Program-made: the position numbers and the translations under genes
Part shown: in pieces, positions 1 to 7,900 of the stretch
Layout: every line of letters starts with the position of its first letter
Numbering within the stretch: position 1 is the stretch's first letter
DNA from: Pirellulales bacterium
GTDB lineage: Bacteria; Planctomycetota; Planctomycetia; Pirellulales; Pirellulaceae
Reading direction: 5' to 3'
Length of the DNA stretch: 64,000 bases
Assembly: GCA_046349855.1 (NCBI GenBank)
Contig: JAXMBM010000013.1
Coordinates: 4,269-68,268 of the forward strand
The notes under the pieces: model-generated
The model's input: the letters and a program-made list of their open reading frames with translations, nothing else
The model's database searches: none
What the model was told of the DNA's origin: nothing

Positions 1-3000
1 GGCGTTCCAGTTGACGCCCGTTACACCGACGCCATTGTTGCCGACCGCGGCGATCGTGCCGGCGACATGGGTGCCGTGCCCTTGGTCATCCCAGGGATCG
101 GAATCGTTGTTATAGGAGTCGATCCCATAGATGTCGTCCACGTAGCCGTTGCGATCGTTGTCGATGCCGTCAGCGGCGATCTCGCCTGGATTCCGCCACA
201 TGTTGGCGGCCAGATCGACGTGCCGATAGTCCACACCCGTGTCGATCACGGCCACCACGACTTCGGAGCTTCCTCGGAAAACATCCCAAGCTTCCGGTGC
301 ATCGATATCGGCATCGACTTGACCGCCCGACTGGCCAAGGTTGTGCAATCCGTAGAGACCGTTGAACTGCGGATCGTTAGGAATCGTCGCCATCGAATAC
401 AACGGATAGTCGGGCTCCACGTAAACCACGTCGGGCTGTTGTCGCCAGAATTCGAGGGCCGCCGATACCGTCGAAGCACCGGAAGCGCGAATCATGGCCG
501 CTCCCACGAAGGCCAGGTCCCCCACCCATTCAAACCCCGCGGACTCGACCCGACTCCTCACATGCTCACGCGACTCGTCGGCGCGGAACTTGATGATCAA
601 TCGGCCGTCGACCCCTTCGACCACATCGTCTTCAGGTAGCTCGTCTCCTACCGGCCATGCCGCCGAGTGTCCTCGATCCATTGCATCGGCTGGCACGGGG
701 AGTCGCGGGCCGTAAGCCTCAGCTGCCCCGGGCGGGTCCGATCCCGCCAGACCGTTGAGATATCCCAGGAGGACGCCGTTGCCAATCAGAAGCTGGGCAT
801 CCACCAGCCGGCTGTTCGGCTCACGGTCGAAGTCGGCGTTCCGTGTCACCAACAGCAGCGAAGACTCGCCGAGTCCCTGGGCACGCACGAAGTAGGAGTT
901 CGGCGCCAAGTCCGTCGTGCGATCGACGAAATTGCTGATCGACACCTCGGTGCTGTTTGTCCCCGCGCCCACGGAAAGTAGTTGCGAATTCGCGTCCCAG
1001 AGCTCTAAACGGATGTTTGCGCCCGCTTCGGAAGCATGCGCGACTACCGACGCGCTTTGTCCATCCAACAGTGCGAAGCGGTACCAATCACTGGGCCTTT
1101 CATCGAACAACGTGATCGCGTCGTATCCGCGTCCATCGGTGCTGATCGGAAAATCGTCGTATTGCTGGAACTTGATTCGCAGGCCGGCACCCAGCTCCAG
1201 CCCGGCGGCGGCCGCCGCCGCCGTCAGGTCCACCTCGAAGGTCTGCCATTGGCCTGCCGGCATCGACGCGGGCGGCGTGAAAACGGGATGCCAGCGGTCG
1301 CCGTCCATACTGATGGCAACTCCATCGGCGTGATAACTCCCGACGAAATCGCCGGCGAAAGTATTGAGTTCGTCGTTCCAGGCCGCGTGCGAGAATCGCA
1401 GCACGGCCTTTCCCGTCCCGATGACGTCGACCCGCCAGATGGCTTCGTTCAAAGTCGCGCCAAATGGAGACGAATCCATGAGCAGCGCGTGAGAACCGCT
1501 CGCCGTTCCATGCGCGCCGGTTACACGGATGCGGCCCGTGGTCGTCGAGCTTTGCGTCGTCCAGGCCGGCGCGAGCGTTGTCTGCACGAAATCTTCCACC
1601 GCTAACGTGAGCGGGATCGGCGAGCCAAACAAGACGGCGCTCCGCTCAGCGGTGCCCGTCAGGGGCAGGAAGCTCCCGGCAAGATCCTCGGCCGTCGCGG
1701 GCGAGTCGTTGGACGTCGAAAGCCGCCCTTCCGACTCCATCGCCGCATTGAGCGCGACGGAGATGCCGTACGTGCCAGTCGTCGCGTTGATCCCGCGAGT
1801 TGTGATGCGATACGTTCCGTTTTCCGTCAAAAGCAACGACTGCAGGAGGGCGGCTTCGCCATTCGCCGAAGCGGCTTGAAGACGGTGAAAGGCGCTCGGA
1901 CCCTGAACCGTGATCTCGGGGCGCAATGCGTTCGACGGCTGCACGGCCACCGAGAGACTCTGTCCGGCCATCAAGTCGAGCCGGATCTCGTCCGTATCGC
2001 CCGCACTTGCGATCGACCCGAATCCATTGCTCGCCAGGACCAACGACCCCCAGGGTTCAACTGGGATGAGTGGGGGCATGCCGATCGAAAACTCGTGGAC
2101 ATAGGCATCACCGCCTGCGCCGTCCGCATTTCCATCCAAAGCGGCACCGAACGGGTTCTTTAGGCCCGACCCCGCCGTCAATCGATACTTGCCCAGTCCC
2201 AGCGCTCCTTCCGCGATGCGTAGAGTGACGCCGTTCGTGCCGACGAAGTACCGCGTCGGCCGCGATAGACCGTACAAGTAGTCGTCACTCGTTCCAAAGA
2301 CACCGTCGCCGCCAGCTTCCCGCAATTCGTAGTTCGACGCTTCATCGGCGGTCGCCGCCGCAAGCAGCTGATCAACGCGGATGGTAAAGCTGTCGCTCGT
2401 GCTGCCAGTCGAGGCACCATTCGCCGGCAGCCCCTCGACAGAGGTGACCGTCGGCGGAGGCAGGGTCTCCGTCACCGCGCGATAGGAATTGACCCTTCCC
2501 GCGCCGAGAAGCCCCACGTAGCTTGGATTGACGGCGTCAATGTTGTCGGCGGTGGCAAGCAGCTGCGCGGCGACCTGATCGCGAGTCCAGGTGGGGTGCG
2601 CCGACCAAATCAACGCGGCAACTGCGGCGGCATTCGGGGTCGCCATGCTCGTGCCACTCATGGCCCCGTATTGATTGTTTGGCAAGGTGGCGAAAATGCC
2701 CGACCCCGGCGCCGCGACGTCGATACCGGTGCCGTAATTGCTGAATCCACTTCTCGCGTCGGTGGCATCCGTGCTCGCAACCAGCAACGACTGCTCGAAC
2801 GTCTGCCGTGGTGGATTCAATTGGCTGTTATTGCCCGCCGAATTGAAATGCAATCCGCCGTGGTCGTATAGGTACTGCAACCCCGCCAGAAACGTCGGAT
2901 CTCCCACAAAACCGTCGACGTTATAGCTGGTCGAGACGATCCTCGCTCCATTGTCTACGGCATAGGCGTAAGCCGCCGCGATAACGGTTGACGTCCAAGC

Positions 3001-3870
3001 GCCGGAACCGTAGAACCGCAGCGGCATGATCGTCGCGCCCCCCGCCGTTCCGGCGACCCCCAGCCCGTTGTCAAGTCGAGCTGCCACGATGCCGGACACA
3101 TGCGTCCCGTGGGAATCCGTGCCCACGGGATTCGGATCATTGTCGCCGCTGCTGAAATCCCAGCCATGAACGTCGTCGACGTAACCGTTATTGTCGTTGT
3201 CGACTCCGTCGCCAGCTGTCTCGTCGTCATTTATCCAGATGTTGGCCGCCAGGTCCTCGTGCGACAGACTTACACCGTCGTCCGTAATCGCCACGATGAT
3301 ATTTGACTCACCGCGCGTCACGTCCCACGCGCGGTCGTTGTTCATGAGCGGATGGTGATACTGGCTAGCGTATTGCGGATCATTGGGTACCCACTCTCGA
3401 GGATCGTCGCCTCCGTAGATGTAATTTGGCGCAGCCCACAAGATGCCGCTGATCGATCGAAGCCGCTCGAGCGCGGTAGGCACGTCCAGTCCCTCACCCA
3501 GACGCAGGGTCGCGATCGTCGTCGCTCCGCCGTCCTCGCTCGGGAGACGCAACAACTCGTCAAAGTCCAAAAACAAACTATCAAGGTTCGTCGCAAGAGT
3601 GTTCTCGTCGCGCAAGGCAGGCTGCAAACCACCACTTGAGCCTTCGTTCCGCAACGCAACGACGATTTCCTGAGGAACGTAGGGCCGTAATTCCGGGCTT
3701 GCCGGCAGAAGGCTGTCCGCATCCCAGGTTGGCAGGAGCATCTGCGCCACAAGCAGCGCTCGGCCCTCCAGCGGCTCACACCCCAGCATCCTTCGTTTGA
3801 TCCCGCGATAACGACGTTGGCGTTCACGATCAACCAACCGGTTGATCAGGAGGGGGACACGACGTGTCAT
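1..3870 (-). CDS. Secreted multidomain subtilisin-family (peptidase S8) protein with two catalytic modules. The C-terminal end lies beyond the window start.
   Basis: Absent from the ORF track because it has no stop in the window. The minus frame is open from ATG at 3868-3870 (AAAGGAAG just upstream) down to position 1. My translation of module 1: VAITDDG (Asp, ~3290), HGTHVSGIVAA (His, ~3100), GTSMATPNAAAVAALIW (Ser, ~2620). Next come two PPC-like stretches (GDTDEIRLDLMAGQSLSV; DWYRFALLDGQSASVVAH). Then a second propeptide-like stretch (GRLIIKFRADESREHV, ~600) leads into module 2: VAVIDTGVDY (~250) and HGTHVAGTIAAVGNNGVGVTGVNWNA (1-80). Confidence 0.8.
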   Translation of the reverse strand, partial: MTRRVPLLINRLVDRERQRRYRGIKRRMLGCEPLEGRALLVAQMLLPTWDADSLLPASPELRPYVPQEIVVALRNEGSSGGLQPALRDENTLATNLDSLFLDFDELLRLPSEDGGATTIATLRLGEGLDVPTALERLRSISGILWAAPNYIYGGDDPREWVPNDPQYASQYHHPLMNNDRAWDVTRGESNIIVAITDDGVSLSHEDLAANIWINDDETAGDGVDNDNNGYVDDVHGWDFSSGDNDPNPVGTDSHGTHVSGIVAARLDNGLGVAGTAGGATIMPLRFYGSGAWTSTVIAAAYAYAVDNGARIVSTSYNVDGFVGDPTFLAGLQYLYDHGGLHFNSAGNNSQLNPPRQTFEQSLLVASTDATDARSGFSNYGTGIDVAAPGSGIFATLPNNQYGAMSGTSMATPNAAAVAALIWSAHPTWTRDQVAAQLLATADNIDAVNPSYVGLLGAGRVNSYRAVTETLPPPTVTSVEGLPANGASTGSTSDSFTIRVDQLLAAATADEASNYELREAGGDGVFGTSDDYLYGLSRPTRYFVGTNGVTLRIAEGALGLGKYRLTAGSGLKNPFGAALDGNADGAGGDAYVHEFSIGMPPLIPVEPWGSLVLASNGFGSIASAGDTDEIRLDLMAGQSLSVAVQPSNALRPEITVQGPSAFHRLQAASANGEAALLQSLLLTENGTYRITTRGINATTGTYGISVALNAAMESEGRLSTSNDSPATAEDLAGSFLPLTGTAERSAVLFGSPIPLTLAVEDFVQTTLAPAWTTQSSTTTGRIRVTGAHGTASGSHALLMDSSPFGATLNEAIWRVDVIGTGKAVLRFSHAAWNDELNTFAGDFVGSYHADGVAISMDGDRWHPVFTPPASMPAGQWQTFEVDLTAAAAAAGLELGAGLRIKFQQYDDFPISTDGRGYDAITLFDERPSDWYRFALLDGQSASVVAHASEAGANIRLELWDANSQLLSVGAGTNSTEVSISNFVDRTTDLAPNSYFVRAQGLGESSLLLVTRNADFDREPNSRLVDAQLLIGNGVLLGYLNGLAGSDPPGAAEAYGPRLPVPADAMDRGHSAAWPVGDELPEDDVVEGVDGRLIIKFRADESREHVRSRVESAGFEWVGDLAFVGAAMIRASGASTVSAALEFWRQQPDVVYVEPDYPLYSMATIPNDPQFNGLYGLHNLGQSGGQVDADIDAPEAWDVFRGSSEVVVAVIDTGVDYRHVDLAANMWRNPGEIAADGIDNDRNGYVDDIYGIDSYNNDSDPWDDQGHGTHVAGTIAAVGNNGVGVTGVNWNA

Positions 3871-3890
3871 CGTACTTCCTTTGTTCGCGG

Positions 3891-4853
3891 TCACGGTAAT
3901 CCAGCGATTGCCTCGCCTCCATTGCGCGTATGTAACCATTGATAGAGACGACGGGCCAGCATCGGCAATTGCTCCGAACCGTCTAGCGCCGCGTCGAGTT
4001 CCGCGGCGCTTAGTTGCCAGCTATCGATGTCCTGGGAAACGAATCGCACCGACCCGTCACAGAAGGCGAAGTTGCCTCCCCGCGAGTGATAGCTACTCGC
4101 CCCGTATTGTCCAGCACTGCGGAAATTCCAGGACGCGTCCGTAATCTGATTCAGACGGATTCCGCCAAAACCGGCGTATGCCGGCTCCCACCACACACTC
4201 ACGGCATCCATCTCGATCTGCAGGCGGCGATGAATTGAGGATTCAGACCACAATATGGTATTCGACAATCCGTCCAAGACGTCGGACAACCGATTGGTAT
4301 GCGAGTCACTGCCAGGCATTCTGGTCAATCCGTCGTCGGTAAAATAGAACGTTCCGCTGTTGAAGGCATAACTCGTACTTTGAAATGTCAAGGATCCTGG
4401 GAGCGGTCCCCAGTTGGGGTCCCACCACCCTGAAGTACTCGGTATGGGCATGGTGGAGATTGGATCGGAGGGACATGTGACAAGGGAAACACGCGAAGCA
4501 TACAACTGCAGCATTTGATCTCTGGAGAGACTCGAGTTAATGGGCAAGTGTTCAAAGTGATTCTGTAGCTCTAAGAAAGGGGCCAGAGAGTAGTAGAACG
4601 CGTTCTCTATTCCCACAATGTCGTCGGTTAGGTCTGGGTCGTCAAAGGCGGGCGGAAAGCGATGATACACGTCATCATGATGCTGAATGGCGATCGCCAG
4701 TTGCTTCAAATTGTTGACGCATTGCGTCCGCCGCGCCGCCTCTCGCGCCGCCTGTACGGCTGGCAACACGATGGCGGCGAGCAGTCCAACAATGAAGATC
4801 ACCACGAGCAATTCCACCAGAGTCACACCTCGGCGGCAACTCGGACGATACAT
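3891..4853 (-). CDS. DUF1559 family protein with prepilin-type N-terminal cleavage/methylation domain and C-terminal H-X9-DG motif
   Basis: The 320-aa ORF has the N-terminus RRGVTLVELLVVIFIVGLLAAIVLPAVQAAREAARRTQCVNNLKQL. The C-terminus SYHSRGGNFAFCDGSVRF carries H-X9-DG. GGAGATGAGG precedes the ATG. The gene ends 20 nt before the subtilase start. Confidence 0.9.
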   Translation of the reverse strand: MYRPSCRRGVTLVELLVVIFIVGLLAAIVLPAVQAAREAARRTQCVNNLKQLAIAIQHHDDVYHRFPPAFDDPDLTDDIVGIENAFYYSLAPFLELQNHFEHLPINSSLSRDQMLQLYASRVSLVTCPSDPISTMPIPSTSGWWDPNWGPLPGSLTFQSTSYAFNSGTFYFTDDGLTRMPGSDSHTNRLSDVLDGLSNTILWSESSIHRRLQIEMDAVSVWWEPAYAGFGGIRLNQITDASWNFRSAGQYGASSYHSRGGNFAFCDGSVRFVSQDIDSWQLSAAELDAALDGSEQLPMLARRLYQWLHTRNGGEAIAGLP

Positions 4854-4950
4854 TACCTCATCTCCTGTCCGGTGCCTGCACGCGAAGTAAGTCCGGTCCT
4901 CGGGCAGACATGACTCGCTGGCACTTGTTCTGCTTCTTGTAATCTGTGGT

Positions 4951-7900
4951 TCAACGAATGGCCTGCCATAACTTGGCTTGAGCTGGGTCGTTCATCCAGC
5001 CGTAATCAGCCGCGAACTTCGCGGCGTTGAGCATCTCCTGGCCGGCGCCGGTATCGACGACATATTGCAACTCGGACTGTACGAGTGGATGCGACACGCG
5101 GTAGTGGCCTGAGGCGCCAATCGTGGCGGAATGATACCTGGTAAGCCAGACTTGCGTGCCATGTCGACGGCCGGTATCGAAGTTCCACAGGTAGAGAGCG
5201 TTTTCCTCGGCACTCGCCATCGAACGTCGATCGGGGCTGAGGGCCGAAAGGAACGGCTGGTAGCCACGTACGGTGCGGATGTCGGCGCCGGTGCCGAGGT
5301 CGATCCAGCGGCAGGCGGAGCCGTAGTTGAAGGCAGCGAACTGGCGGACATTCTCCGGCCAGAAGCCGCCCCAACCACCCGTAGGGTTCGACACCGTTTT
5401 CAGTAGATCACCCGTATGGGGATCGATGAAGTGAAAGGAACGGCAATGTGGCGGTACGGTGACGAGTAGCGTTCCATCGGGAGACCACGCCAATTCCCGG
5501 ACCTGTTCCAGGTTCGAATTGGGGAACTTTCGTACCAATGTTCGCTCGGCGATGTCCCAAATGGCTACCTCCGTCCCCGCCTGCGCGGCGAGCGCCAATT
5601 GATTTCCATCGGGGGACCACGCAAACAGTAAGTCCGCGCCGCGAGTGCCAGGCAGTTCCACGGGCATGGCAAGGTTGTCGACCGAGTAAATCCGCGCGAT
5701 GCCATCCACGCTCAGCGCAAACCGATTTCCGTCGGGCGAGAATGTCAGCGGACTGGGGCGTGAAGTTTTGCCGAGTTCGAGTGTGCGAATGGGTTGACCG
5801 AGCCCGTTGCCGTAGAAAACGATCGCCCCCGAGCCTTCGGTCCAGCGCGTGACCGCCAATTCCCGAGTATTCGGTCTCCAGGTCACCGCATGGTCGCTCG
5901 CCGAGCTCAAAGATGCGGTGTCTTCGCCCGTCTCGGTGTCGACAATCCGCAACCAATTCGCGCGTTCATCGGCAGAGCCGGTGAAAATGGCCAAGCCGCG
6001 ACCGTCGCTCGACCAGGCGGCGCCGCGCGTCGTGGTCGGATACGCGCTAACGCGATGCCCGTCAATCTTGCGCACCAGCGTGTATCGCGGAACATCGTAG
6101 ATGCGAATGCGCGAGTCTTCGCAGGCCTGGATCAACAAGCGGCCGTCGGGCGACCAGGCGGGGAGGCCAAGGGCCGTGCCGCCGTCGATTGGGCCCGCGG
6201 CAACTTTCGCACCGGTCGAGACGTCCCAGATTTCCTGATCCGCGCCGGTAAGCGCCACCAACTCGCCTTGGGGTGCCCACGAGATCTCGGTGGCTCGCGG
6301 CTGTTCTCGCTTTTCGCGGAACGATGTGAGTTTCTTGTTCTCGCGCACATTCCACAACTCAATGACGCCGTTCGCGCTGGTCAGTGCGACGCGTTGGCTA
6401 TCCGGCGCCCAGGCGATTCTGGCATCCGGCGCGGCGCAGTTGAGTTCCGCGATTGGCATCGCAGTATCAAGGTCGTAGACAACCGCCGCGGAGTTGTCGC
6501 AGATCGCGACATGGTTCTTGTCGGGCGACAGGCTCATACGCTCCGCCCTGATGCCGACAGTGATCGTTCGCACGGGTTGATCGGACGTCAAATCGAAGAG
6601 CAACAGTTCGGTGCGATCGCCTGCGATCCAAATTCGATTCGGCTTTTTCGCCCAGGCGAGGCTGTGCGCGTCGAGGCCATGCAGTCCGAAGACGCGTTCA
6701 CGCCGACCCGTCGCCGTGCGCCAAATATGGACCGATGTCCCCTCGTTGTCGGCATAGCCGCCCGATGCGAGGAATTGGTTGTCACTTGAAAACGCCAGGC
6801 TCAGCACGGGCTGATTGTGGGCCACGAGCATCCGCACGAGGCGGCCGGTGGCGACGTCCCACAGTCGTACCGTGCCGTCATCTCCGCCACTTGCGAAAAG
6901 CCGCCCATCCGGGCTACAAGCTGTCGCTCGCACCGCGCCGCGATGTCCACGCGTTTCCAGAGACCAACTTCGAACCCCCGGCAACGGCGCCGGATGCCCG
7001 ACCAGCGCCAAGCGGCTCATCGCCGCCGTGACTGCGGGCTCGCCAGTCGTCACGCCGGCGGTGTTCGCGCGGGTGTCCCTCTTCAGGCCAGCGGTCTGTG
7101 CGATTCGCTGGGGAGTTACGAGATGAGCGCGTGCCGGATCGTTCGGGCGCCGGAATCGGTCCGCAAATTCCCGCACGGAAAGCGTCTCTTGGCCTCGCGG
7201 CGTGTTCACCACGTAGGCCAGAGTGCTTTCCGCTCGCGGCGTCACCGCTCGGAAGTGTCCCTCCTCACCGATGAGCAGCAGGCGATGGTGTGGCAAGCCG
7301 ATCAGGCAGCCCTGGCGCCGTCCCGTGGCAAGCTCCAACGCAAAAACTCCCTGTCGTTCGGACTCGGCAAGCAGCACTCGCCGATCCGGCGTGACATGGA
7401 CGCGAAGCGAACCTCTCCATGGCAGACCACCGGCATAATCGACCTGCAGTTCGGCGTCCGAGTCCCAGACGCGAAGATTGCGGTGGTCTCTCAGGCCCAC
7501 GAACTGCTTGCTCTCCGGCAAAACGAACCCAGCGCATCGGCCGTCCGGCATGGCGAGGTATTGCAGAAGCTGGCGACTGGCAAGGTCCCAGATTCCCAGG
7601 CCACCTTTGTCGCCGAACATCACGCCGCTCGTCAGAATCCGTTTACCATCCGGATGGAAAGCCGGTGAATAGGTACCCTGGCACGCCAATTCGCCCAACA
7701 GGTCTCCCGTGTCCGTGTTCCAGAGAGTAATGGCAGGTGATTCGATCCCAACCATGGCCAAGATCGAATCGTCGGCGCTCCAGGCAATGACTTGGGCTGC
7801 CTTATCCGCGCCCAGGTCGCTCACAACCTTTCCTGTACTCGTCTCCAGCACAAGCCGAGAGTTTTTCTCCGTATCGAACGCCCCCACGAACCGTCCCGAC

